A stretch of 32,000 bases of DNA, taken from Schaalia odontolytica (GTDB lineage Bacteria; Actinomycetota; Actinomycetes; Actinomycetales; Actinomycetaceae). The notes under the pieces are model-generated. The model was not told where the DNA came from and did not search any database. It saw only the letters and a program-made list of their open reading frames with translations. Below are positions 8,956-17,256 of the stretch, one piece after another (the stretch's first letter is position 1; every line of letters begins with the position of its first letter). The position numbers and the translations under genes are program-made. The DNA is taken from positions 30,001 through 62,000 of the forward strand of contig NZ_CP040006.1 of NCBI RefSeq assembly GCF_005696695.1, read 5' to 3'.

Positions 8956-9414
8956 TCACTTCGCGGCGGAAACGCGGACCTTGAGGTTCGCGGACACCTC
9001 GGGGTGCAGGCCGACGGTCACCGTGTAGTCGCCAACGGCCTTGATGGGCGAGGCGATGATGACGCGACGACGATCGATGGTCTGGCCCAGCTGCTCCTTG
9101 ACCGCGTCAGCGATCGCAGCAGCGGAGACGGCGCCGAACAGGCGGCCGGAGTTGCCAACCTTGCCGGAGATCTCGACAACGGCACCCTGGAGGGCGTCGC
9201 GCACGGCGCGAGCGTCGTCGATCGTGGCGATCTCGTGGCGGCGACGAGCAGCGGCGATCTGGTCGATCTGCTTCTGCGCGCCGGCGGTCCACTTGGCGGC
9301 GAAGCCGCGGGGGACCAGGTAGTTGCGGGCGTAGCCAGCCTTGACCTCGACGACCTCGCCGGCGTGGCCGAGGTTGGGGACGTCGTGGGTGAGGATCAGT
9401 TTCGTGGTAGCCAT
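8956..9414 (-). CDS. rplI: 50S ribosomal protein L9
   Basis: 152 aa; MATTKLILTHDVPNLGHAGEVVEVKAGYARNYLVPRGFA is a typical L9 N-terminus. Confidence 0.95.
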   Translation of the reverse strand: MATTKLILTHDVPNLGHAGEVVEVKAGYARNYLVPRGFAAKWTAGAQKQIDQIAAARRRHEIATIDDARAVRDALQGAVVEISGKVGNSGRLFGAVSAAAIADAVKEQLGQTIDRRRVIIASPIKAVGDYTVTVGLHPEVSANLKVRVSAAK

Positions 9415-9435
9415 ATCAGCTGTGTCCTTCCCTTA

Positions 9436-9678
9436 TCAGCGGCCGGTCGTGGAGTAGGGCAGCAGAGCCATCTCACGCGCGTTCTTGACGGCGCGAGCGA
9501 TCTTGCGCTGCTCCTGGGTGGAAACACCGGTCACGCGGCGGGCGCGGATCTTGCCGCGGTCCGAGATGAACTTACGCAGCAGAGCGGTGTCCTTGTAGTC
9601 GATCTTTTCGATCTTGGCCGACTTCAGCGGGTTGGCCTTCTTCTTGATGGGCTTGTTGCGAAGTTGGGGCTTCGCCAT
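9436..9678 (-). CDS. rpsR: 30S ribosomal protein S18
   Basis: 80 aa; [50 protein letters not shown]. Confidence 0.95.
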   Translation of the reverse strand: MAKPQLRNKPIKKKANPLKSAKIEKIDYKDTALLRKFISDRGKIRARRVTGVSTQEQRKIARAVKNAREMALLPYSTTGR

Positions 9679-9772
9679 GATGGTCTCCTAGTGAATCCGG
9701 GCGGACTGTGCCGCCCCAAGCGTGTTGTCTTCGACGTGGCGCTTTCCGGCGTAGGTGCCGGGGCGCTCGACT

Positions 9773-10339
9773 TTAGAACGGGGGCTCGTCGCCGAAGGAG
9801 GTGGCGCCGCCAGCGGGGGCGGAGCGCCACGGGTCCTCGGGGGAGCCGCCGGTCGGTGCGCCGTAGTTGGCGCCACCCTGGCCATATCCACCCTGGCCGC
9901 CGCCGTAACCGCCGCCCTGCTGGGGCGCGCCCTGCTGGCCGCGGTTGTCGGACTGGTAGCCGCCGCCACCGGAGGGGGCGGTGCGGGTGACCTGCGCGCG
10001 TGCGCGGCGCAGGGAGGGGCCGACCTCGTCGACCTGCAGCTCAACGACCGTGCGACGTTCACCCTGCTGGGTGTCGTACGAGCGCTGGGTGAGGCGACCC
10101 TGAACGATGACGCGCATGCCCTTGCGCAGCGACTCGGCGACGTTCTCAGCGGTCTCGCGCCACACGGAGCAGCGCATGAAGAGGGTGTCGCCGTCGCGCC
10201 ACTCACCGGCGTTACGGTCGTAGGTTCGGGGGGTGGAGGCCACCGTGAAATCGGCGACCGCGGCGCCGGACTGCGTCCAACGCAGTTCGGGGTCAGCGGT
10301 CAGGTTACCGATGACAGTGATGACGGTATCTCCGGCCAT
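9773..10339 (-). CDS. ssb: Single-stranded DNA-binding protein
   Basis: 188 aa. It has an OB-fold N-terminus ([27 protein letters not shown]), a Gly/Gln-rich linker and an acidic tip ending DEPPF. Confidence 0.95.
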   Translation of the reverse strand: MAGDTVITVIGNLTADPELRWTQSGAAVADFTVASTPRTYDRNAGEWRDGDTLFMRCSVWRETAENVAESLRKGMRVIVQGRLTQRSYDTQQGERRTVVELQVDEVGPSLRRARAQVTRTAPSGGGGYQSDNRGQQGAPQQGGGYGGGQGGYGQGGANYGAPTGGSPEDPWRSAPAGGATSFGDEPPF

Positions 10340-10374
10340 GTCGGCTCCTCGGGCTTAGAGGGTGTGGTGTCGGC

Positions 10375-10665
10375 TCAGTGAGCGTCGGGGCGCAGGAGCT
10401 TCGTACGGAGAATGGTCTCGTCGATGCCCATGCGGCGGTTGATCTCGAGAGCGACCTCGGGGGTCGTGGTCATGTCGATGACGACGTAGATGCCCTCAGA
10501 ACGCTTGAGGATGTCGTAAGCAAGGCGGCGCTTGCCCCAGACGTCAACGTTCTCGACGGATCCGCCGTTGGCAGCCACGGGTGCCAGGTACTTCTCCATC
10601 ATGGGGGCGACGGTGCGCTCGTCGATCGAAGGATCGAGGATCACCATCAGTTCGTAGTTACGCAC
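10375..10665 (-). CDS. rpsF: 30S ribosomal protein S6
   Basis: The track ORF starts at 10677 (MGTNVRNY...). The internal GTG at 10665 gives the canonical MRNYELMVILDP and sits 9 nt after AGGAGGTG, so I prefer 10665. Confidence 0.9.
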   Translation of the reverse strand: MRNYELMVILDPSIDERTVAPMMEKYLAPVAANGGSVENVDVWGKRRLAYDILKRSEGIYVVIDMTTTPEVALEINRRMGIDETILRTKLLRPDAH

Positions 10666-10677
10666 GTTGGTTCCCAC

Positions 10678-10730
10678 CTCCTATGGTCTTTACGGTCACG
10701 GACGGTCCGTGACAGGAGGGCGTTGCGTAT
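10678..10730 (-). promoter_or_regulatory. rpsF 5' leader with a 19-nt palindrome/hairpin (possible S6:S18 autoregulatory leader)
   Basis: gtcacggac-g-gtccgtgac at 10695-10713, about 20 nt upstream of the SD on the transcribed strand. Ribosomal-protein leaders upstream of rpsF are an established class. The assignment here rests on position only. Confidence 0.3.
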
Positions 10731-10930
10731 GGCCCGTGAGGGCCTGCTGGACCGGCCGCGGGTGCGGATAGTCCAGCTACCCACTTTACACGGGTGGCAG
10801 CGTCTTCGCTAGGGCGTTTCCGGTCACGATTGGGCTCCTCGGGACGAGGCCCGGGTACACCCCGCCGGGACGCCGACCCCCGCGTGGAACCGGGGGTGCG
10901 CACGAGGCCGGCCCCGGCCTCGTCGATCGA

Positions 10931-12304
10931 CTACAGCGAGCGGGCGCCGAGCCAGTTGGTGAGGGCCCGCATGCCCGTGTAGACGGCCGAGTAGGCGAGC
11001 CAGACCATTGCGAGCGCCAGGGACGGGCGAGCGGTGAGGGTGGCGGAGTGGGCGATGACCCACAGGAGGGGCGCGTAGACGACCAGGTTGACGATGCCGG
11101 CGACGGCCAGGTAGCGGCCTCGGCCCGCGCCGATGAGCACGCCGTCAAGGAGGAACACGTAGCCGGCGACCGGCTGGAAGAGCGCGCCGACGATGATGGC
11201 GACGGTCGCGTAGTCGATGACGGTCTGGTCGGTCGTGAAGATGCGCGTGATCCAGGGCGCGGTGATCGCTAGGACGACGCCGACTGCGACGCCGAAGCCG
11301 ATGCCCCAGCGCGACAGCGTGCGCAGGAGGGGGCGCATCGCGCCGCGCTCTCCGGTGCCGGTCGTGAATCCGGCGAGCGCCTGGGCGGCGATCGCGAGCG
11401 CGTCGAGCACGTAGGCGGCGAACGTCCACAGGGTCCACACGATCTGGTGGGCGGCCAGGGCCTGGGTGGAGATCGCAGTGACCGCGCTCAGGGTCGCGAG
11501 GAGGGCGACGCGCAGCGCGAGGGTGCGTACGAGCAGAGGCGCGCCCTCGAGCGCTGCGCCGAACAGGCCGTCCGTGGAGGGACGCAGGCTCACGCCCTCG
11601 CGCCGGGCCGCGCGCACGATCATCCACCCGAGGAAAGCCGCCATGAGCGTCTGCGTGATCGCGGTGCCCAGGCCTGAACCCGCCACCCCCAGGTTGAGGG
11701 GGTACATGAGCACCCAGTTGGCCACCGCGTTGAAGGCCGCGCCCACGGACGCCGCGATCAGCGGGGTGCGGGTGTCCTGCAACCCGCGCAGGGTGCCGGT
11801 GGCTGCCAGGACGACGAACATGCCGACGAGGCCGGGCGCGGAGGCGCGCAGGTAGGCCAGGGCGTGCGGCATCGTCGCAGCGTCGGCCCCCAGCCAGGTG
11901 AGCAGGGGAGAGGCGAAGACGGCCAGGAGGATCGCGGCGAGGGCGCCAAGGCCTCCCGCCAGCCACATGGCCTCGACCCCCGAGCGGATCGCAAGGTCCC
12001 GTCGCCCGGCCCCCAGGTGGCGGCCCGCCAGGGAGGTCGTCGAGTAGGCGAGGAAGATGAAGAGCCCGACCGCCGTGTTCAGCACGGTCGACGCGATGCC
12101 CAGGCCCGCCAGCTGCGGGGTGCCCAGATGGCCCACCATCGTGGAGTCGATGACGGTGAACAGCGGCTCCGCGATCAGGGCCCCCAGGGAGGGCAGCGCG
12201 AGCGCCAAGATCATCCGCGTGGTGATCGTCGGGGTCGACGAGGCCGGGTCCCCCTCACGCTTCGCGGGTGAGGTCGGGTCGCTGGGTCCCTGTGTGCTCG
12301 TCAT
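10931..12304 (-). CDS. MATE family efflux transporter (DinF/NorM-like)
   Basis: Polytopic membrane protein with a MATE-typical start (ILALALPSLGALIAEPLFTVIDSTMVGHLG). The track start at 12358 has no RBS. The ATG at 12304 (MTSTQGPSD...) has GGAG 6 nt upstream, so I prefer it. Confidence 0.8.
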   Translation of the reverse strand: MTSTQGPSDPTSPAKREGDPASSTPTITTRMILALALPSLGALIAEPLFTVIDSTMVGHLGTPQLAGLGIASTVLNTAVGLFIFLAYSTTSLAGRHLGAGRRDLAIRSGVEAMWLAGGLGALAAILLAVFASPLLTWLGADAATMPHALAYLRASAPGLVGMFVVLAATGTLRGLQDTRTPLIAASVGAAFNAVANWVLMYPLNLGVAGSGLGTAITQTLMAAFLGWMIVRAARREGVSLRPSTDGLFGAALEGAPLLVRTLALRVALLATLSAVTAISTQALAAHQIVWTLWTFAAYVLDALAIAAQALAGFTTGTGERGAMRPLLRTLSRWGIGFGVAVGVVLAITAPWITRIFTTDQTVIDYATVAIIVGALFQPVAGYVFLLDGVLIGAGRGRYLAVAGIVNLVVYAPLLWVIAHSATLTARPSLALAMVWLAYSAVYTGMRALTNWLGARSL

Positions 12305-12317
12305 GACACTCCGATTC

Positions 12318-12565
12318 TTTTCCACAATGTGTGCACAGGCCTGTGGAAAGCCGTGCATTGGGAAATTCTAGATGGCTCAATGAATGACAATGATGTGACT
12401 GTGATGAGGATATCTGCCCTGACAGATCGGTCATTTCGCGTTGTGCACAGGCGTCGTCGGCGTTGTGCACAGGTTATCCACGATATGTGCACATGCCCGT
12501 GCACAGCGTCGGTCGCGCAATCTCCTACAACGCGTTAGTCTTCGCCTGAAGGCTCTCTATCCACA
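12318..12565. promoter_or_regulatory. Cluster of DnaA-box-like / TGTGCACA motifs flanking an AT-rich core, upstream of dnaB
   Basis: TTTTCCACA 12318-12326; TGTGCACA 12330-12337; TGTGGAAAG 12342-12350; cgTTGTGCACAgg twice (12439-12451 and 12461-12473); TTATCCACG 12474-12482; ATGTGCACAT 12485-12494; GTGCACA at about 12499-12505; CTATCCACA 12557-12565. An AT-rich stretch spans about 12351-12440. Confidence 0.4.
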
Positions 12566-12643
12566 GGGCTTCAGGCCGCGCTCGCGGCACTCAGCCCGGC
12601 CCCGGCCTCGTCCCTACACGCCCGCGCACCCGAGAGGATCACG

Positions 12644-13996
12644 ATGTCCGACGACCAGTTCGACCGCGTCCCGCCGCAGGACATCGACGCGGAGATGAGC
12701 GTCCTCGGATCGATGATGCTGACGACCGAGGCCGCCAACATCGTCTCCGAGATGCTGCGCGGGCAGGACTTCTACCAGCCCAGCCACGAGACGATCTTCG
12801 ACACCATCGTCGAGCTCAACGGCCGCGCGGAACCCGCCGACGCGATCACCGTCGCCGGCGAACTCAAGCGCGCTGGCGTCCTGTCGAAGGTGGGCGGCGC
12901 CGCCTACCTGCACACCCTCATCGCCTCCGTGCCCACCGCCGCGAACGCCGCCTACTACGCGCGCATCGTGCGCGAACGCGCCATCATGCGACGACTCGTC
13001 ACCGCGGGCACGCGCGTCGTCCAGCTCGGCTACGCGGATGCCGGCGGCGACGTCGACGAGATCGTCGACCAAGCCCAGGCCGAGGTCTACGCCGTCTCCG
13101 ACGGGCGCGAAACCACTGACTACGTGTCCATGACGCAGATGAGCTCGGACATCCTCAACGCCCTCGAAGACATCGAGAAGAACCAGGGCAAGCTCAACGG
13201 CGTGCCCACCGGCTTCACCGACCTCGACGAACTCACCCAGGGCCTGCACGGCGGCCAGATGATCATCGTCGCCGCCCGACCCGCCATGGGTAAGTCCACG
13301 CTCGCCCTGGATTTCTGCCGATCGGCGTCCATGAAGCACGGCATCACGTCGCTGATCTTCTCGCTGGAAATGAGCTCGCAGGAAATCGCGATGCGTATGC
13401 TCTCCGCCGAGTCCGGCGTGCGCCTGTCCAAGATGCAGGCCGGCAAAATGAGCGACGTCGACTGGCGCAAGGTTGCCGAAACCACCTCGCGCATGAGCGA
13501 GGCGCCCCTGTACGTCGACGACTCCGCGAACATCACCATCTCCGAGATCCGCTCGAAGTGCCGCCGCCTCAAGCAGCAGGAAAACCTGGGCCTCGTCGTC
13601 ATCGACTACCTCCAGCTGATGACGAGCGGCCGTCAGGTCGAGTCGCGTCAGCAGGAAGTCTCCGCGATGTCGCGAAACCTCAAGCTCCTGGCCAAGGACC
13701 TCGACATCCCGGTCATCGCCGTCGCGCAGCTGAACCGTAACTCTGAGGGCCGCACCGACCGTAAGCCCATGATGAGCGACCTGCGTGAATCCGGCTCGCT
13801 CGAGCAGGACGCCGACATCATTATCCTGCTGCACCGCCCCGACTACTACGACAAGGAAGATCGCCCCGGCGAGGCCGACATCATCGTCGCCAAGCACCGC
13901 GCCGGCGCGACCGCGACCGTCACCGCCCTCTTCCAGGGCGACATGGCGCGCTTCGTCAACTACACCGGACGCCCCGAGCCCGGCGGCGGAGAGTAA
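12644..13996 (+). CDS. dnaB: Replicative DNA helicase DnaB (no intein)
   Basis: 450 aa. N-terminus PPQDIDAEMSVLGSMML, Walker A ARPAMGKST, and the motifs VVIDYLQLM and IIVAKHRAGATA. A GAGAGGA RBS lies upstream. Confidence 0.95.
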   Translation: MSDDQFDRVPPQDIDAEMSVLGSMMLTTEAANIVSEMLRGQDFYQPSHETIFDTIVELNGRAEPADAITVAGELKRAGVLSKVGGAAYLHTLIASVPTAANAAYYARIVRERAIMRRLVTAGTRVVQLGYADAGGDVDEIVDQAQAEVYAVSDGRETTDYVSMTQMSSDILNALEDIEKNQGKLNGVPTGFTDLDELTQGLHGGQMIIVAARPAMGKSTLALDFCRSASMKHGITSLIFSLEMSSQEIAMRMLSAESGVRLSKMQAGKMSDVDWRKVAETTSRMSEAPLYVDDSANITISEIRSKCRRLKQQENLGLVVIDYLQLMTSGRQVESRQQEVSAMSRNLKLLAKDLDIPVIAVAQLNRNSEGRTDRKPMMSDLRESGSLEQDADIIILLHRPDYYDKEDRPGEADIIVAKHRAGATATVTALFQGDMARFVNYTGRPEPGGGE

Positions 13997-14039
13997 GGGC
14001 TGGTTTACCCGGCCGCTGGTGTTGCTGGCCCCGCCTGTG

Positions 14040-14930
14040 CTTTGTGGGGCCGGGCTGCTTGGTGTGCCCGTGGGCGGCGGCCCGCCCGCGAGCCGTCCGC
14101 GCCGCGAGCTTCGCTCGGCGCGTCGTCTCGAAGCCCGGCCAGGCCCCGCCACCGCCCACGGGCACCGCAGCCAGGCCCCGCGCCTCGAAGCCCTCCCGTG
14201 CCCTCCGGTCCCTCTGGCGCCCTCCACACCGGCGGCACTTGTGTCGCTTGGACTAGCATGGCCAAGCCCCGCTGCCGCCCACGGGCACCGCAGTCTGTCC
14301 CTCCGGACCCTCCGGTGCCCTCCACACCGGCGGCGCTGTGTCACTGTGCGTGGATAGCACGCTCACCGCTCCCCCTAGCAATTTCGCACGTAATTCCCCT
14401 GAGACTATTTCAGAATTTGAATTGTGTTCGTTGGTATTTCAACGTTTTTGAGTGTTGTTGAGGGTCTGGTCCGATCGAATTACGTGCGAGTTTCTGAGGA
14501 GTCGGCATGTGGCTGAGCGCGGCGCGGTCGTCTGAAACCGGTGTCGCCTTTGCGGGCCGGCGAGGTGGGCCAGTTGAAACCGGTGTCGCCTTTGCGGGTG
14601 AGAAATGTGCGTTTTTGTTGTGTTTTTCGGTCGCAGAGGTGTCGTCGGTTTCAACGGGTGCTGTTCAGGGGCGCGCAGTGGTGACGGCGGTTTCATGCTG
14701 GCCTGCAGCAGCGGTCGCAGTGGTGGCGGTGGTTGCACCATCGCGACGTCACCGCGTCCAGTGCGCGAAAAAGTTCGCCCTGCGTGGCCTGTTGTCGGCC
14801 TGAGCGTGACAAAATTCGCCCAGCGCACGAAAAATGCCCCAAAATCGGCGGTTTGTGGCGTGCTGGGCGAGTTTTGTACCGGGTTGGCCCAAGAATGCCC
14901 AGTGCTGGGCGAGTTTTGTACCGGTCTGGC
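14040..14930. repeat. Repeat-dense noncoding region between convergent dnaB and rarD
   Basis: ccgcccacgggcaccgcag occurs at 14152 and 14275, with an inverted copy at 14064-14080. ccctccacaccggcggc occurs at 14220 and 14318. A 13-nt inverted repeat lies at 14384-14396 / 14477-14489. A 24-nt direct repeat lies at 14533 and 14575. A 23-nt direct repeat lies at 14860 and 14902. ttcgccc recurs at 14774 and 14815. Confidence 0.8.
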
Positions 14931-14986
14931 ATTCCCGGGGCTCCCGCCGTTTCCGACGTAGCCCGACCTTCCATGCGTGCCCGGCC

Positions 14987-15937
14987 TCAGTCCTGGTGAC
15001 CCGCGCGCGCCAGGCGCTTGGCGCGAATCGAGGAAAGCAGCCAGTCGGCGCTCAGGCAGCTCAGCGCCACCCACACGACGCCCATCGCGATCCAGCGGAA
15101 CGTCGGAACGGTCTCGTGGAAGATGAACACCGCGACGAGGAGCTGCAGGGTTGGCCCCAGGTACTGCAGGAAGCCCATCGTCCCCAGGGTCAGGCCCCTC
15201 GCCGCCGAGGCGAACATGATGAGGGGGATCATCGTCAACGCACCCGCGCCCACCAGGAGCGCCAGGTGAACCACCCAGGACACCCCGGAGCCGTCGGAAG
15301 AAGCGATCGTATGGAAAGACGTGGAGGATGTGGCCGCCAGGTAGGCGTAGTAGCCGAGCAGGACGGGCGAGACTGCGGCCGTCTCGATCGCCATGCCCGC
15401 GAGCGGGTCGACGCGTGCGGCCACGTCCTTCTTCACGAGGGAATACAAGCCGAACGTCAGAGCGAGCGTGAGGGAGACGATGGGGACTGAACGCTGGCCG
15501 ATCACGAGGATGACGACGGCGACGACGCCGAGGGCCAGGGCCACTTTCTGGATCGGCGTGACGCGCTCGCGCAGCACGATGAGGCCCAGCGCGATCGTCA
15601 CGAGGGGGTTGATGAAGTAGCCGACCGCCGCGTCGGTTGTGTGGCCGGCGAGGACCGCGTACACGTACACCGACCAGTTGACGACGACGAGCGCGCCCGC
15701 GACCGCGAGGCGCCACAGGGCTCCCCGGTCGGCGATCAGCGCGCGGATCTTTCCCAGCGAACCCGTCACAGCGAGCGCGACCAGGCAGAAGAACAGGCCC
15801 CACACCGCGCGGTGAACGATGACCTCAACGGCGCCGGCGGGGGAGAGCAGTGAGAAGTACAGGGGGAAGAATCCCCAGATCACGTAGCAGGAAACGCCGA
15901 GGGCGAGTGCGCGTGGTTCGTTCTTCTGGGTGCTCAT
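14987..15937 (-). CDS. rarD: EamA/RarD family transporter
   Basis: 316 aa and about 10 TM helices. The N-terminus GVSCYVIWGFFPLYFSLL is typical of RarD. Its start overlaps the hemA stop by 4 nt (ATGA). Confidence 0.85.
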   Translation of the reverse strand: MSTQKNEPRALALGVSCYVIWGFFPLYFSLLSPAGAVEVIVHRAVWGLFFCLVALAVTGSLGKIRALIADRGALWRLAVAGALVVVNWSVYVYAVLAGHTTDAAVGYFINPLVTIALGLIVLRERVTPIQKVALALGVVAVVILVIGQRSVPIVSLTLALTFGLYSLVKKDVAARVDPLAGMAIETAAVSPVLLGYYAYLAATSSTSFHTIASSDGSGVSWVVHLALLVGAGALTMIPLIMFASAARGLTLGTMGFLQYLGPTLQLLVAVFIFHETVPTFRWIAMGVVWVALSCLSADWLLSSIRAKRLARAGHQD

Positions 15938-17256
15938 GCACCCAGTGTATGAACATCGTGTGGGCAGACGCCGCCGCGGGAACGGCCGTGATCACCTGGC
16001 GAGAAAGCGTGAGGGGCCGCGTCGTCCCCCGAAATAAGGGCGGTCTCGTCGATACCGAGGACCACGCCGAGGGCCTCCAGATAGCGTTCCTGCTGGCTCT
16101 CCTCGCCCGCCCGGCGCGCCATGACGGTCGGGTTGTGGATGAGGCGCGCGGCCAGGTGACGCAGTGCTCGGGCCGCGTCGTCGGTCGAGAGGGGAGCGTC
16201 TCCGAGATGATCGATCTCCTCCTCAACGATGCGGAAAACGCGTGAGCGCAGGTGTCGCACGACCGGGTCCATGGATCGGGCGCCGAGGCCGCGCTCGAAG
16301 GAGGAGACCTCCTCGTCGATGATGGCGCGGGCGCGCGTCAGCGCGTCAGCATCGGCGGCGGGGACCGACGCCTGGATGGTCGGCAGGTCGATGAGAGTGA
16401 CGTTCGGGAGCGAGGCGACAGAGCTTTCGGTGTCGCGCATGAGGGCGAGGTCCAGGACCACGGTTGGCCCGGCCTGGGCGGCCATGTCGCGAGTCAGGAC
16501 GGGGCTTCCCAGCCCTCGGCACGTCACCACGAGGTCGGCGCATTCCAGAGCAGAGGGCAGGTCTGCGGCATCAACCCAGCCGATGCCTCGTCCCTCGGCG
16601 AATTCGCGTGCGCGCCCAGACGTCGAGTAGACGGACACATCCGATGCGCCGAGTGCGTGCAGGGCGCTGACGGTCGCGCCCGCGTACGCGCCCGTGCCGA
16701 CGATGAGCACGCGCGTGTCATCCCACGCGCTCAGGTGACGGAAGGCCATGTCGAGGCCGACGGCGACGACGGATCGTCCAGCCCCGGCCAGTCCGGTCTC
16801 GGTGGCGACGCGGCGGGAGGTGGCCGAGGCTCGCTCGGCGGCGCGCCCCAGGTCGCAGCTGAGGGTCCCGTCCTCCCAGGCTGTGCGCGCGGCGCGGCGC
16901 ATTTGCCCGGCGATTTCGCGCTCGCCGATGACCATGGACTCCAGTCCCGCCGCCGTTGAAAACAGATCGACGAGGCCGTCGCGACCCCACAGGTGCCGCA
17001 GGCGCACGTCCTCGCGCGGCGCGTGCGAGGCGGTGGCGAGCTCCCGCTCAACCGCGTCCTTCAGCGTGTGGGGGTCGGACGAGGCAGGAGCGTCGATGTA
17101 GATGGTGACGCGATTGCAGGTGCGCAGGACCATGACTCCGCGAGCGTGCGGAAGCGCGCGCATGAGGGTAGGACCCAGGTCGTCCGCGCTGGAGAGCCGG
17201 GCGATGTCGTCGAGGGGGGTGTAGCGGTGGTCCGCGGAGAGCACATGAATAGTCAC
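15934..17256 (-). CDS. hemA: Glutamyl-tRNA reductase
   Basis: Catalytic motif VLRTCNRVTIY and NADPH-binding VLIVGTGAYAG. The track start at 17403 adds an implausible leader. The family-typical N-terminus MTIHVLSADHRYTPL begins at the in-frame GTG at 17256. The start is uncertain; 17331 is an alternative. Confidence 0.85.
   Translation of the reverse strand: MTIHVLSADHRYTPLDDIARLSSADDLGPTLMRALPHARGVMVLRTCNRVTIYIDAPASSDPHTLKDAVERELATASHAPREDVRLRHLWGRDGLVDLFSTAAGLESMVIGEREIAGQMRRAARTAWEDGTLSCDLGRAAERASATSRRVATETGLAGAGRSVVAVGLDMAFRHLSAWDDTRVLIVGTGAYAGATVSALHALGASDVSVYSTSGRAREFAEGRGIGWVDAADLPSALECADLVVTCRGLGSPVLTRDMAAQAGPTVVLDLALMRDTESSVASLPNVTLIDLPTIQASVPAADADALTRARAIIDEEVSSFERGLGARSMDPVVRHLRSRVFRIVEEEIDHLGDAPLSTDDAARALRHLAARLIHNPTVMARRAGEESQQERYLEALGVVLGIDETALISGDDAAPHAFSPGDHGRSRGGVCPHDVHTLGA

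Noticed and set aside
8875-10381. Plus-strand ORFs 8875..9990 (371 aa) and 9755..10381 (208 aa).
   Set aside because: They are antisense to rplI, rpsR and ssb, which are unmistakable. The first also runs straight through the rplI terminator hairpin.
12318-12565. Calling this region the chromosomal origin (oriC).
   Set aside because: dnaA and dnaN are not adjacent, the boxes are imperfect, and I cannot compute GC skew over the genome. I reported it only as a DnaA-box-like cluster.
12614-14344. 576-aa minus-strand ORF opposite dnaB, and the 454-aa ORF 14439..15803 opposite/overlapping rarD.
   Set aside because: They are shadow ORFs with Arg/Gly/Pro-rich, motif-free translations. They overlap confidently identified genes and continue into repeat DNA.
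14507-14803. 98-aa plus-strand ORF with a good GAGGAG-N5-ATG context in the dnaB-rarD gap.
   Set aside because: Its third-codon-position GC, counted by eye, is roughly two-thirds, well below neighbouring real genes. The product is built from the noncoding direct repeat (ETGVAFAG twice) and runs of Ala/Val. It has no homology features I can recognise. I kept it only as a note within the repeat-region findings.
14533-14924. Possible CRISPR array (23-24-nt direct repeats).
   Set aside because: There are only two copies of each of two different repeats. The period of 42 bp is too short for repeat plus spacer. There are no cas genes in the window.
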